In this document: in pieces, positions 19,466-34,990 of the stretch
Layout: every line of letters starts with the position of its first letter
Position numbering within the stretch: position 1 is the first letter of the stretch
Sequence record: OR545507.1
DNA: 64,000 bases
Direction: 5' to 3' (one strand)
Position numbers and translations under genes: made by a program
Notes under the pieces: generated by a model
Seen by the model: only the letters and a program-made list of their open reading frames with translations
Told to the model about the DNA's origin: nothing
Database searches by the model: none

Positions 19466-20431
19466 TTAGAAATCTTCGTATTCGTACCCTTTTGCAAGTA
19501 CTAGCTTCTTAAGCTTTTGCATAGCTTCACTGTACTTTCGATGTATTGATGAACGGGATTTAACATATTTTCCATTATCATCAACAAAACCATTATCAGC
19601 AATCTCACGAAGCGTTTCAGGTTCATATTCACCTAGACCATGAACACGCTGGATAATCTCACGTTCTTTAGTACTCAATTCGTTAGTCAGTTCATTGATA
19701 GCATAACGTAAAGGTGCACGAATACTATCAACATTGAGGTTAAAATCAGAAGCAGGTGAATGAATAATGTCACCTAGTGTACCATCGGTAACACCGTCTA
19801 ATGGTGCATCCAGAGAAGTGTATTCGCTTTGAAATAACAAACAGTTATTAACATGCTGAATCTCAATCCCAGTACCCTCTGAGATTATTTCAGGAGTTGG
19901 GCGAACACCATGTTTACGCATATATTCCTGGCAGAATCTTTTTACTTTGATCTTATGAACACTCATATAACGTGGGAAGTGTACCATATAGTTAGCGTCA
20001 GAACTTTCGTTATAAACTGTCATGTAAATACTAGAAGAAGCATAGGTAATGAACTTCACATTCTTATTAAGATCAAAGGTTTTTAGTGCTCTCATGAACC
20101 CCTCAACACCATATGAAATCTTATCTTCAAATGGGATATAACAAGTACATTTACTTGCTACATCAATAATAAGTCCATAATTGTAACGAACTAACAGTTC
20201 AGTGTTTTTCTTTACATTGATACCAGCTTGAATATCACGAATTAGATCTTCATTGGAAACATTTGGTGGTCGCTTAAGTGTAATATTATATTTGAAACTG
20301 CTTTGTACTTTACCTTCATTTTCATCTTTATCTTCAACGAAATCTAAGGCTTCTAGTGTGTTGACTTCTTCATTAGCAAAACATTCATCCAGAACTTCTT
20401 CGGCAATTGTATTTAAATCAAGCTTTTTCAC
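19466..20431 (-). CDS. Sigma-70 family RNA polymerase sigma factor-like protein
   Basis: Region 2 (LVRYNYGLI...FEDKISYGVEGFMRALKTFD..KNVKFITYA), region 3 (PTPEIISE, YTSLDAPL) and region 4 (LSTKEREIIQRVHGL...ETLREIA). Confidence 0.9.
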   Translation of the reverse strand: MKKLDLNTIAEEVLDECFANEEVNTLEALDFVEDKDENEGKVQSSFKYNITLKRPPNVSNEDLIRDIQAGINVKKNTELLVRYNYGLIIDVASKCTCYIPFEDKISYGVEGFMRALKTFDLNKNVKFITYASSSIYMTVYNESSDANYMVHFPRYMSVHKIKVKRFCQEYMRKHGVRPTPEIISEGTGIEIQHVNNCLLFQSEYTSLDAPLDGVTDGTLGDIIHSPASDFNLNVDSIRAPLRYAINELTNELSTKEREIIQRVHGLGEYEPETLREIADNGFVDDNGKYVKSRSSIHRKYSEAMQKLKKLVLAKGYEYEDF

Positions 20432-20452
20432 TTACATCTCCTAATGACGAAA

Positions 20453-20950
20453 TCAAAATCGATATACATTAATATTATCATCTGTGAAGCAATCATGGTT
20501 ATGCACATCCATGAAAGTACTAAACACTTTATCATATAAAGTTGTATGTTCTTCATGAATAGCAGCATCTAGCATGTATTCTCCACCACTACCCATAAAG
20601 AAAGTGTAGTCTTCATGTAGATATTCAAGTTTTTTAATAAACTTTCCTTTAGTTAAAATCATATGAATAACATAATCTTTAGAAAGAAGCACACAATGGC
20701 AACTTAACTTTCTGTCAGGTATAACTGGTACTTTATTAATTAACCAATCCAGTACTTTATCAATTTCACTTACTGACCCACTAGCACTGAATAAACGGTC
20801 ATGTACATATAAAGTTTTTTGATTAACAACTCCATATTGATATTTTGGTCTTAGTGGGAAAAAACCAAATAAGTTTCGTGGTATAGTTGACGTAACTCTA
20901 GAATCGGTAATCAATAAATTTAATCGTTTATCAATATAAACAGTTGTCAT
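20453..20950 (-). CDS. Ntn-hydrolase / HslV-like peptidase
   Basis: MTT N-terminus, TDSRVT, ASGS and MGSGG motifs typical of the proteasome-beta/HslV fold. Confidence 0.6.
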   Translation of the reverse strand: MTTVYIDKRLNLLITDSRVTSTIPRNLFGFFPLRPKYQYGVVNQKTLYVHDRLFSASGSVSEIDKVLDWLINKVPVIPDRKLSCHCVLLSKDYVIHMILTKGKFIKKLEYLHEDYTFFMGSGGEYMLDAAIHEEHTTLYDKVFSTFMDVHNHDCFTDDNINVYRF

Positions 20951-20951
20951 A

Positions 20952-21963
20952 TTAAACCTTATCTAAGAATTTATCGTATATATAAAATTCTTTATCGGTG
21001 AATACATTAATTCTAGTATCGAATCTTTGCATCGTGTTCATATACAATGAACTTTTTAAATAAAAATACAAAGCAACAAATTCTGATATATGCATATTCT
21101 TTTTATTGTTACATAAATTCTTTAGCATTTTGATGCTATCAAATTCTTCTTTATCAAATCTGTACTGGTAAAAATTGTATCTATTGGAACGGCACTCATA
21201 GATACGAAGTGCCATTATATCAATACATTCTTTAGATTTACAGTACTTATTCAATACGTCATAATCACCCGTACATAATGCTACAAAGATTTTATGTGCA
21301 AGCGTAGCTTTGCCCTCAATCGTATAATAGCCAAAGAATTTAATGATTAAGTACTGAATGAATGTAATCATTTGATTTAGAATTTCTCCGAAATTACTAG
21401 AGTGTCATCATAATCTTCTGCAATCTCATGAAGAACTTTTAAGTTACTTTCACCAGAAACGCTTTGTACTTCGTTCAAAAGATAGTTTAGATCAACTTTA
21501 GTTACTTTTTCTGAATCAAATACACAGAAAGTCAATTCAGCGTTTGGACAGATCTTCTTCAGATTATCAGCAACAACTTGTTTGAAGTTGAAAGATGGGG
21601 AAGCAACCAGGTTAACTGCAACGAGAATAGATTTCATAATGTTTTCCTTTTTAGCTGATAATTAAATTAGGAGCACATTGTACTCCATATTATTTGTTAT
21701 GTAAAATACTTTTAGATACCAAGTGCAGTAGATAACTCTTTACGTTTGTTATATGAATCAGATTCAATCTTACTTTTCTTGTTGAAAAGGGATTCAATAT
21801 CCTTATAGATTGCTTCGATAGATTTAGTTACTACCCATTCTGATTCTTGAAGCATACCTTGGAGTCGTGCGTACTCAACTTTAATAGTACTGCGAAGTTC
21901 TTCACAAACTTCTTCATTCTTAATTAGTGCAGCACTAAGTTCTTTGACCTTATCGATGTTCAT
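20952..21963 (-). CDS. Three hypothetical ORFs (20952-21371, 21377-21637, 21712-21963)
   Basis: ORF track; promoter TTGACA-17-TATAAT at 21998-22026. Confidence 0.7.
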
Positions 21964-22022
21964 AAGTTCCTTACTCTAATTTGTTTTTAACAAAATAATT
22001 ATATATAACATACTAAATTATG

Positions 22023-22867
22023 TCAAGTATTTTTAGTACCTTCTTCTGCCATTTTTGTGATATACCAATTAAGTACTGATTTGTGTACCATAAAAAATGT
22101 GAATGCAAATATAGCAATAGCTGCTGATGTAACACTATTAGATAATGACCCAAGTTGGATGTTAGTACCTAAAATAACAATAAATGGATACAACACAATT
22201 AATCTACTGTAAGGTTCGTCTCCAGTATCACGGAGAAATACAAGCCTTTCATGATCAGTATCCATTGTGACAATTGAACAGAACATAAGTGCAGACATAA
22301 GAGCAATACCAATTTGTGCTACATTAGAAATTGTAAACCACAAAGGATTTAAACCATATGAAATATTATTTTCTGTACAGTAGTAACCAAACGAATTGAA
22401 TGCACAAACTAAAAATACAAAAATACAAATCTTATTATAACCTCTCATTTGTTTAGCTCCGTTAATTTTCGTTTAACTTCTAGATCATGAAACTCATCTG
22501 CATATGAGTTTTGAACAGTTCTGATGTATTCCAACATAACAAACATAGTTCCACATACCCATAGATATGTATAGTAATCAAATACAAATGCATATAACAT
22601 ACACGGTACTAAAATGAAAGTGTAAACAAAACTATATCGTGTAGTTCCAAATACTTTCAGATATAACAAACGTCTATAATCACGGGCAAATGTATTGATG
22701 CACACTGAAAATGTAATTAATGTATACCATGAAATACCCTGAATTAAACCTGAAACATTTAAAAGTTTATGTTCATCGGAAAACCCCAGTGCATTTAGCA
22801 CTGGAGCCATAACCCAACCAATAATACTAATAAGAAAAAGATATTTTGCATTACTTAGTGTGAACAT
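22023..22867 (-). CDS. Pair of paralogous 4-TM membrane proteins (22023-22448, 22445-22867)
   Basis: ERLVFLRDTGDEPYS vs RRLLYLKVFGTTRYS; similar length and hydropathy. Confidence 0.65.
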
Positions 22868-22868
22868 A

Positions 22869-24530
22869 TTACTTTAGTCCCCATGCTTTTTTGATTGCAT
22901 CAACAGAGTTTTGGTCCACTACTTCCTTTTTTTCTGATGTAGTTTGAAGTTTATTAATTACATATTCCTTTGCATCTTTTTCTATCATAAATTTACCATC
23001 AACCAACACACCAAAAACTTTAGAATTTCGGGCTGGATATGGATTAATTTCATCAAGAGTACGGACTTTCTTATCAACTATAATGGCTTTGATGTAACCA
23101 GTTTCAAGTACTGTTGTAATCACAGTCATTTCAATTGCAACTGGTGAATCTTCCCAATACGCAATCCATTTAGTAAAGCTACGATCAGGTGAATCTTTTG
23201 TGCATTTTAATTTAATTGCACTATTAAAAATGTATTGTTTAAAATTGTCATCGACAACTTCACTAATACTAAAATAACCTTCACGCTCTTCAACATTACG
23301 TTTGAAATTTGTAGCTAATACATCCATTTTCCATCCCCCTTGGGTTACTTGGTGTGTTAATTATAATACTAAGAATCTTTGTTGTCAAACTTTTCCCTCA
23401 AATATTTTTCTATTAATCTAATTTGTGTTGGTGGTAAGATAAAGTAATCGTACATAGATTTACTACCATGTATCGAACAACCTACACTAATACTATAATC
23501 ATATGGATATAAGTATATTGGGTCTTGTATATCAGGTATGAAAACTATTCTTGATATATTACCATTTCCTATTCTTACTTGGACGTTATCATTATTATTA
23601 AGATAATTTCTTATACAGTACTCAATTATACCATTTACTTTAGAATCATAACCATAATTTTTATATTCAGGAAAAATGAAATAGCGTTCATGGTATAGAT
23701 ATGAGCATAGTAACGCTGGGAAAAAATTCCAAAATCCTTCATGTTTTGCAATTGTTTGTGCATATTTAAAATGATTAGCATTACTAAAAATATTATACAG
23801 CACAAAATACACAAATGGACTTACCAACAACACTATTGTTAACATCAGAAGCCTCTGTATTTTTCATACACTTCAACGCATTCCATGATTTTGTCATCGT
23901 CCATCATATCATAGCCTTGTAGAAATTCTTCTTTATCAACCTTCCCTGCCATCATGTCTGTGTCAGAAATTCTGGAGTCATAGAAGGAATACATATCTTT
24001 ATAGTACTGGTTTTTGTGCTGCTCAATCTTTACTTTAGCATATCCAGCACAAAATGAAGGAGATTTAACAACTTCCCATTTATGCTTCTTGATGGGTTTA
24101 TCATTAGCATGTTTTTCTCTGTATGTCTGACGATAACGTTCACGCATTTCAGGCATGTATTCTTCAGCAGTACGTTTAGGGGGAGTTTTACCAGTCCCAA
24201 TAGTTTTAATAGTTTGACGTTGTTCTTCTGCGTGTACTGGGGAAATAAAACATGATGTACCAAACAGTACTGCTACGATAACCATAAAATTCTTAAACAT
24301 AATCAAACCTCTTTTACAATAATATCGATTGATACTGGAATTGCAATTTCACTATTACATGAATATACATCAGCACAGTACTCAATATCTAGTACTTTAT
24401 AATATTTCTCAAAACCACAAATGGTAAGATTCAACGTTGACCCAACTGCTGGGAGTTCAGGAAATGATAAGAACGCAATTTTAGAATGAAATTCTTCATT
24501 GATATCTTGATATACAGTTGCAGTAATCAC
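22869..24530 (-). CDS. Four ORFs (22869-23327; 23369-23845; 23845-24306 secreted; 24303-24530)
   Basis: ORF track; signal-like ...FISPVHA-E in 23845-24306. Confidence 0.7.
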
Positions 24531-25111
24531 AATGGTAACTCCTGTAGTGGTTTCATAATACCGAGTACTGGGTGATTTTCAATCATTGGTCGCCCTGGTA
24601 CACCAGTGAGGATAACTGGGATAGAACTAATATCTTTTACATAGTTGAATCCCTCAAACGTGAACTCTTGTTTTTTCTCATTATACAATACCCATAGTAT
24701 TACGTCAGCTTTTTTCTGGATATTTTTTAACTGTCGAGTACTAACACATGGTCCAAAGTCAGTCCATGATTTATACTTGATACCTTTTACTTCAATACGA
24801 AGGTTGTTTACCTTAATATCACATTCACCGTCACGTGCTTCATTTTGGAATGCTGGATCGATATTAAGTTTAATACCAGTATTGTTTTCAATTTCATTAA
24901 AAAGTACTAAAGATGCGTGCTCACATACCATACCAACAAAATGACTATGTGCATGATTAAAACCATATGGCGATTTACTGGCTGGAGCCAAAAGTTTATA
25001 TCGTTCTGATTTTTCAATCGCTTTTGCCATGAAAGAATCAGCTTCATCTTTATATAACTTAACAGTCATTTTTCCATTTTTCAGTACTAATCTATTATCA
25101 ATAACATTCAT
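24527..25111 (-). CDS. PD-(D/E)XK nuclease-like protein
   Basis: GMVCE...DGECDIKVNNLRIEVKG fits the E...D-x(n)-EVK catalytic pattern. Confidence 0.6.
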   Translation of the reverse strand: MNVIDNRLVLKNGKMTVKLYKDEADSFMAKAIEKSERYKLLAPASKSPYGFNHAHSHFVGMVCEHASLVLFNEIENNTGIKLNIDPAFQNEARDGECDIKVNNLRIEVKGIKYKSWTDFGPCVSTRQLKNIQKKADVILWVLYNEKKQEFTFEGFNYVKDISSIPVILTGVPGRPMIENHPVLGIMKPLQELPL

Positions 25112-25227
25112 AAAAACACCTCATTATTCATTCACTACATGATAACACCAAATCATACACCAGTCAAGCTCATTTTTTGGATATGCATAATAAATACGTT
25201 ATAATAATTATACCAATGGAGGGATAA

Positions 25228-26382
25228 ATGTCAAGGTCAATTGCTGCGGCTGGACGCTATAAGTTTGGTGAATGTGGTTATGTTGTTGATGGTGCAATCC
25301 TCAACGATGGAACTAGACTAAAAAATATTAGAATCTATCGCCAAAGAAGCCATAGATTATATGATTTAGTTGATCCCAGAACTAATATAATATATCGTAA
25401 AGTACAAATAACAACTAAAGATAATAAAGGTTATCTATTAAATTACAATAAAACTAATGACCAACTATTAAGTGAAATTAATAAAAATTGTTTCTTTGTT
25501 CGTGGATATTCCGAAGAGCCACAAGAAACTGATACTGGATTTGTATATAAATTCATGCTACATAAAACAATTTTAGGTAGTTCACAAACCTTGTATCATA
25601 TGTATACACCTGAATGTGGTATTATAGATCGTGATATAGATAATATTCTCATTTCACCAGTATTTGTTGGTAATGACTCAATTAGTGGTAAATTATTCAA
25701 CACTGGTTCAGAAATTGATACTAACGGTATGGTAATAACAATCGTATTACCAGACGGGACAGAATACTTTACTACCCAATTTGTTAATGATGCATTTACA
25801 ATTCCAGTTGATGTTATCACACAATCAGGGAAAGGTACTGCTACGCTCACTTCTCCATATTATAACACTAAAGTGGTGGAATTTGATGTTCTTGAAAGTG
25901 GTGAGGATATTGATTTTGTTACATCAGTTCTTCTATCCCAATTTGAACCTGTTTCGGAAGGTGTATTTTCTGCGGTTGTTCCATTTGATGTTCATGATCG
26001 TGGACAGTACTTAGCACTTCAAGCATACAGTGGTGACTTATATCAAGTTGGTGTAGATCTTTCTGTAGACGCAGAAGGTAATATTACTGTGTATCAAACT
26101 GATAATTTACCTGTTTCTTTGAGTATAATCGGAAAAACACTGCATACTACTCCTTTCCATAAAGAATATACTTTAAGTGAGTGGGTTCTCGGTGAAGACT
26201 CTATGTACTCTATCTCAGTTCCAGTAACTGAACATGGTAAAGCACTACCACAAGTTCAATTATATTCTTCAGACAATCATGTAGTTCATAGTGAAATACA
26301 AGTGGATGAAGATGATAATGTAATTCTTAAAGTAGTAGAACCGCTTGACTGCTCAGTCGTAATAGTTGGTTACAACGCATAA
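25228..26382 (+). CDS. Probable late/virion structural protein with two tandem C-terminal beta-rich repeats
   Basis: Only credible plus-strand gene; repeats ...VVPFDVHDRGQYLALQAYS...VDAEGNITV and ...SVPVTEHGKALPQVQLYS...VDEDDNVIL; AATAAATA at 25189-25196. Confidence 0.65.
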   Translation: MSRSIAAAGRYKFGECGYVVDGAILNDGTRLKNIRIYRQRSHRLYDLVDPRTNIIYRKVQITTKDNKGYLLNYNKTNDQLLSEINKNCFFVRGYSEEPQETDTGFVYKFMLHKTILGSSQTLYHMYTPECGIIDRDIDNILISPVFVGNDSISGKLFNTGSEIDTNGMVITIVLPDGTEYFTTQFVNDAFTIPVDVITQSGKGTATLTSPYYNTKVVEFDVLESGEDIDFVTSVLLSQFEPVSEGVFSAVVPFDVHDRGQYLALQAYSGDLYQVGVDLSVDAEGNITVYQTDNLPVSLSIIGKTLHTTPFHKEYTLSEWVLGEDSMYSISVPVTEHGKALPQVQLYSSDNHVVHSEIQVDEDDNVILKVVEPLDCSVVIVGYNA

Positions 26383-26383
26383 T

Positions 26384-26412
26384 AAAAAAGCCACTACATT
26401 GTAGTGGCTTTA
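26384..26412. terminator. Bidirectional terminator between convergent genes
   Basis: AAGCCACTAC-ATT-GTAGTGGCTT with A/T flanks. Confidence 0.9.
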
Positions 26413-26423
26413 ATTTTATCTAA

Positions 26424-28961
26424 TTATTTGAAATTGTCACGTAGAACTTCTTCAAGTGTTTTATCTGGATTGCTAATGGCTACATTATAAATCAATTCTT
26501 TAAATGCAGTTAGTGCCTGCTCAGTTGCTTCTGGACCAAAGTTCTCACTAATGCTTTTAAACATACTTTGTGCACGTTCTGATTTGATACAACTAGTTAC
26601 AAACTTGTCAATTTCATTACGAAGCTGCTTAGTTGTCATGTCACCAATGAGCATCTCACTAATTTCTTTTGGTTCATCTGCACTTGTTCGGTCATTCGTA
26701 AAACCAAACACATCATCACCTGAGCCAAAGCTACGTTTTTCTTTTTTAGTTTCTTTTACTGGTTCTTCTTCAACTTCTTGTTCGTATTCTTTAGTAAAGA
26801 GATGAGATAGTACATCATCAAGATTTTTAACCATACCGTCAATACGAGATTCAGCATTCTTGGATACATGTTTGAATGCTTGCTCTAGTGCTTTTTCTTG
26901 AATCTGGTCACGAACATTATTAACTACATTACGAAGTTTTTCATTACAGTTGTCTAAAATTTCTAATACTTCACCAGTTTTGATTTTTTCCAAAAGTACA
27001 TCTAAATCAGATTTTACATGTTGTTTTTGACTTACTTCACCATTAAGAATTGAATTCAATTCTTTAGCACCTTCAACTGCTTCTTCATGTGTTTTAAATT
27101 CAACTGGTACGTCAACACCATCCAGTACAATATTAAGCACTTTACCATCAACGTAGGCGTAGGAGTAAGATGCTTTTTTGAAAGAAATAGTTTTGAAGAA
27201 AATGTTGCTCATATTGATATACTCCTTAATGCCCACTAGCTGGGAAGGTTTTAAACATATAGTGACATTGTACTAAATCATCGAACTTCAAGCCGAAGTC
27301 TTTAGTACCCATCAGTGTGTGGTAAAAATAATGCGAAATTGTATTAGTTTCAGCGTCTTTAATATAGATACCAAATTCGGTACAGCAAAACTGAACAACT
27401 TCATTATAACTTTCTAACTTGGAAATTACAAGTACTTGATCATAAGAATTTTTATCAAATCCAATGATGTACATTTCCTCTGTTTCTGGGTGTACAATCA
27501 TCCCACCGCGAGAAATAATTTTCTCGAAGTTACTGCTCAAGTACTGAATTGTTGAACTTAAGTTCATTTACAACTCCTTACGTATTACTCGTCCGGTAAG
27601 ATGTTCATCTGTACAGAACTTCATTATAAATGCTTTTAGATGGAAGTCTTCTAAAATTCTATATGCTTGCTTTTTCATAACGACTTCCTTCTTCTCCACA
27701 TCAACAATTATATCATGTTTCTCGTGAAGTTCCTGGATCATTTGATATGAATTCAAACTTAGTACGCTCATAACCACCAATGTCCTCCATCTCCCACAAA
27801 ATTTGAACTGCCACTTCTAATTCGTGGTGAATTTGAAAATAACCATTACTTGCAGTATAGATGTAGCCATTTTTAGTAATTGCATAACCCCACTTTTTAC
27901 TTTGAGAATGCATCTCACGTTTCAACCCATAAGGTGATGGTGGCTTCTTGACTGGTTCTGGTTCTCGGTTTTCGTTGTAAATCTCTTGTTCGATTCGCAA
28001 CGCTTTATAATATGAGTATACATGAATCAGGCGACAAAGTACAATAGTAATGCAACAAATAATTGTAAATGTTATCAAGCTCATCAATTTGCCCTCTGCC
28101 TAGATACATATTCATTAATTGCATCTTCCAAATCATACCCTGACATTTTTACATTATCAATTGAAACATGATATTTTTTCAGCACTTTTTGTCCAGCAGT
28201 GTTCTCCCATATAGACCCATCAGGCTCAATATGAACTTTATGGTTCAGGATGAAATCGAACATTTCTTCTTTTGATAAGTTTGCTTTACGGGTTTCAATG
28301 TGATTAGTATTAAGTAATTCACGAGTATGTTTAATGCCATATTCAGTGTGCACACCAACACTACGATGCAAAACTTTTAACTGCTCGGAAGCAGTCTCTT
28401 CATCATAAACATGAATAGTTTCAGTACTATATAAAATATCCTGAATATTACCAGTACTTACTTCTGTCCAAGTGTCTTTGAAATGAATTTTGATTGTTTT
28501 CATGGAAGCTCGTATTAGTTATATGCTGTGAATAGGTCAATGTTTTTATCATCTACACTGATTAATTTACCAGTTGAACTAACAAACACAATATTACCAC
28601 CAGGGGTGATTTGAACACGCTGGTTTACTGAATATTGATCACTAAGGTTATAATTAGCCCATTCAACTACATAACGCTGTTCAACACCGTTAGTATCATA
28701 TAGATAAACGTGTGTAACGTCACGCATTTTTAAACGGTCTAACAGTGTAGAGTTGTCCATGAAATCCGATGGTGTATTGCTGCGTAATGCAATACCGAAC
28801 TCACCGATAACAGTACTAATTGTCAGACCGTTTGAAAAACGGCTACAAAGAGTCTTCTCATCAGCAATATGCATCCATAAAACATTCTTTACATCAATAT
28901 CAACAAATTCACAGTTTTCAAAAACCAAACCTACTTTGGAAACTTTACCATTAAATTGCAT
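26424..28961 (-). CDS. Six hypothetical ORFs (26424-27236, 27226-27567, 27568-27780, 27713-28087, 28084-28503, 28515-28961)
   Basis: ORF track; co-oriented and abutting. Confidence 0.7.
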
Positions 28962-30200
28962 TAGTAACTCCTATTTTTTTATATTTTAAAATTAAATCAC
29001 TCACTGCTTTCATTAGCTTATATGGAATAGCTAACTCTTGAACAGTACTTTCCATAAAATGTTCTTCTTCTGTATCATAAAATGTTGAACTACAGTGTTC
29101 ACAATCATCTATACTATCATAAAAAGAAGACGTAAGTTTATCAACAATGACAGTGATTTGTTTGTCAGTTTTGGTACATCCTACCTGAACGGTTAATCCA
29201 ATATCATCAGCCTCTACACGAATTATAAACGAATTATTAGTATAGTTCAGCCAACAATCTTCACCAAAGTATACAACACTGTGTTTCTTCTGAAATGAAG
29301 TTGCGGTGTTAAGAACACCAATAACAACATCAACTGTTTTTTCATTTAAAATATTAGACATTTTTATTCCTGCTTCGTATGTTTCGTGAAATCTCAAATA
29401 TTCCATTCAACTGCTCAACAGTTAAACCCTGTAAATCGTAAACTGTTGATAGTTGAAAGAACATCTCTGAATCTATAGTATCATGTTCAATTGGAAGACT
29501 CAAGAGGTCTTTATTAATAAAATAATCATATGTTCGAATTGTCAAAGAATCACCAAAGATATCAATGTAAAATTTCGGAACATTATGTAACGAAACATCT
29601 ATTAATATGTTTTCAGCATATCTACAAGAAATTTTAGAATTATTTTTATAAGATTGGTATGAAAAATTATAAGGTTCATCGACCAATGTGTATGATGAGG
29701 TATCACCTTCGGAAAATATTACACCACATTCAATAAGATGTGTTAACGACTTAGGTGGAATTTTTAACATTTCACTTCCTATCCTTACTCATATTACTAC
29801 GGATCACCCCACTAAGAAAACATATTTTCCTTAATGTATCATAACTGATATTTGTAAGATCATGTACAAAATTCAACTGCAAGTACATTTCTTCAGTTAA
29901 TTGATTAAATGTATCATCAACATGAATGTTAGTATGTTCCGTTATATCTATTTCTATATTATTTTCCCAAATATCAATGTTAACAGCATAGTCTGATGTA
30001 TGTCTGGATTGAACTGAAATAAAAATATTATTACTGTTGTATAATGTCTCGGTGTATCCATTCAAAAATGATCCAACGACAACATCAAAAATGCCATCTC
30101 TAATTGGATTTTTTGTTTCAAACGTATCACTACAAACTTGACGGTATACAATGTCAACATACTTATCAATTAAAGTAAACAAATAACTCATTGCATTCAC
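28951..30200 (-). CDS. Three tandem EExxFQxS family proteins (28951-29406, 29354-29770, 29772-30200)
   Basis: TEEEHFMESTVQE; DSEMFFQLSTVYD; TEEMYLQLNFVHD. Confidence 0.75.
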
Positions 30201-30425
30201 CTATATAAGAAAAAAGGCCGATTCATCGAATCAGCCTTAAGTATAACACAGTAGAAGTTAAAAAGTCAACTTCTAAATTACAGCATCCAAGAGGAATAAA
30301 AAGATACTGTTAGAGGGTAACGAATATAATGAATTTGAGGGTAATATCATTATACGTAAAAAAGTGATAGCTTCTATACATAAGGAGGAATCAGTACTGA
30401 CTAGAAGCTATCGGGTTAAACGATT

Positions 30426-30901
30426 TCAGTACTGAGTGTTTAGTTTAGGATGAGTATTTCCATCTTCGATTTGTTTTAGAATCGAGTCACGAATTTCTAC
30501 TGCCCCTTGATAACTATATTTATCTTTTGGGATCACCCATGTATATTCGCCATCAGTGGTTTTAAAATCAATACATGGATTATCCCTGTATTCAGATGCA
30601 ATGATTGCAATAACATGTAATGAATTCAATGAATGATTTGTATAAGGATAATTGTTATTATCTCTGAACGTGAATGTTTTAAGTTCATCAGGTGCAACAA
30701 TGAATTCCATTATTCATCCTCGTACTTCTTGAATGGTGGAACATCTACCTTGAAGTCTTTGCACATCTTAGTTGTACGAACTTCAGTATTGTTGTGATAA
30801 TTTTTCTTAAATTCATAAGAAACATAATTACGAATACCAGGTGTATGAATAATAGCAAGAACCAATGTACGACCAAACAAGCATAATAAATTCCAGAACA
30901 T
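30426..30901 (-). CDS. Two small hypothetical ORFs (30426-30710, 30710-30901)
   Basis: ORF track. Confidence 0.65.
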
Positions 30902-30910
30902 ATGAATCTC

Positions 30911-31694
30911 CTAATTGTGGGTTTTAACCAAACGTGAGACAGCTAGTATAGCATTAACCTCATCCAATGTCAACCCACCAATGTCATTAATCATTGAGTA
31001 CTGAAATAGTGATTCTTCAGTGTAATGGTAATCATGAGAAGCAATAAAGATTGCTGGTTTAGAGGCATCCAAAATTATCTTTGTCATTGTACTATATATA
31101 TCAAATTGATATAATAGATTTTCACCTGTATATGCTACGTAGATATTATTTGAATAGGCTGGATGTACCATTGTAAAACCATCATAACATAATATTTTTA
31201 TGTTCGGATCGTCAAAATTGCCTGTATAAAGGTTATTACAAACATCTTGCATTATACGTACTATTAGACTAGTCATTTAATGGATTTAGTACCTCTTCTG
31301 GAATCAACTTTTGAACTTTAAGTATAGCTTTAATGTCCTCAAATGTTAATCCTAATATGTCGTTAAGGAGGCAGTACTGGAAGAATTTTTCTTCAGTATC
31401 AATATCGTTAACATTCAATTCAATTGATTCATCATCATAATCATAATCTTCATTATCACATTCATAACTTCTGAATATAACTTTTTCAAAATACACATCA
31501 AATGAATAAAAATGATTATTGAATTCATAACCAAGAAAAATATTAAAACATTTACTCAAATCTGTGGTTTGATTCAAATCTGGATCATAGCAAAATACTC
31601 TAACTTCACCAATATCTTCTAATTGTACATCATGCAGTGACCATGCGTTGTTTTTTAATACATAGTTCACCATTTTAACAATGTTGTATGTCAT
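30911..31694 (-). CDS. Two tandem EExxFQxS family proteins (30911-31276, 31269-31694)
   Basis: TEESLFQYSMINDIGGLT; TEEKFFQYCLLNDILGLT. Confidence 0.8.
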
Positions 31695-31700
31695 AGTGTA

Positions 31701-31790
<90 letters not shown>

Positions 31791-31802
31791 AGAAGTAAGA
31801 TA

Positions 31803-31903
<101 letters not shown>

Positions 31904-31955
31904 GCCAAGAGTCGGCATAGGTGCAGCACTACAAAGTTCTTCAAGCTGCTTGGTA

Positions 31956-31987
<32 letters not shown>

Positions 31988-31988
31988 T

Positions 31989-32045
<57 letters not shown>

Positions 32046-32047
32046 TA

Positions 32048-33275
<1,228 letters not shown>

Positions 33276-33296
33276 TTATACCTCTCATTGTTTATG

Positions 33297-33368
<72 letters not shown>

Positions 33369-33372
33369 TAAT

Positions 33373-33980
<608 letters not shown>

Positions 33981-34031
33981 ATAAACCTCACTATACGTAA
34001 CTTACACCATATACGTCTGATTGTGGAATTC

Positions 34032-34056
34032 ATTATATCAGTACTGAACTATTTAG

Positions 34057-34061
<5 letters not shown>
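34032..34061 (-). promoter_or_regulatory. Repeated promoter copy b (TTGACT-17-TATAAT)
   Basis: 23-bp direct repeat. Confidence 0.85.
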
Positions 34062-34470
<409 letters not shown>

Positions 34471-34479
34471 CTTTTTTTT

Positions 34480-34967
<488 letters not shown>

Positions 34968-34990
34968 GGTTTTTAACCTTTAATTAAAAT

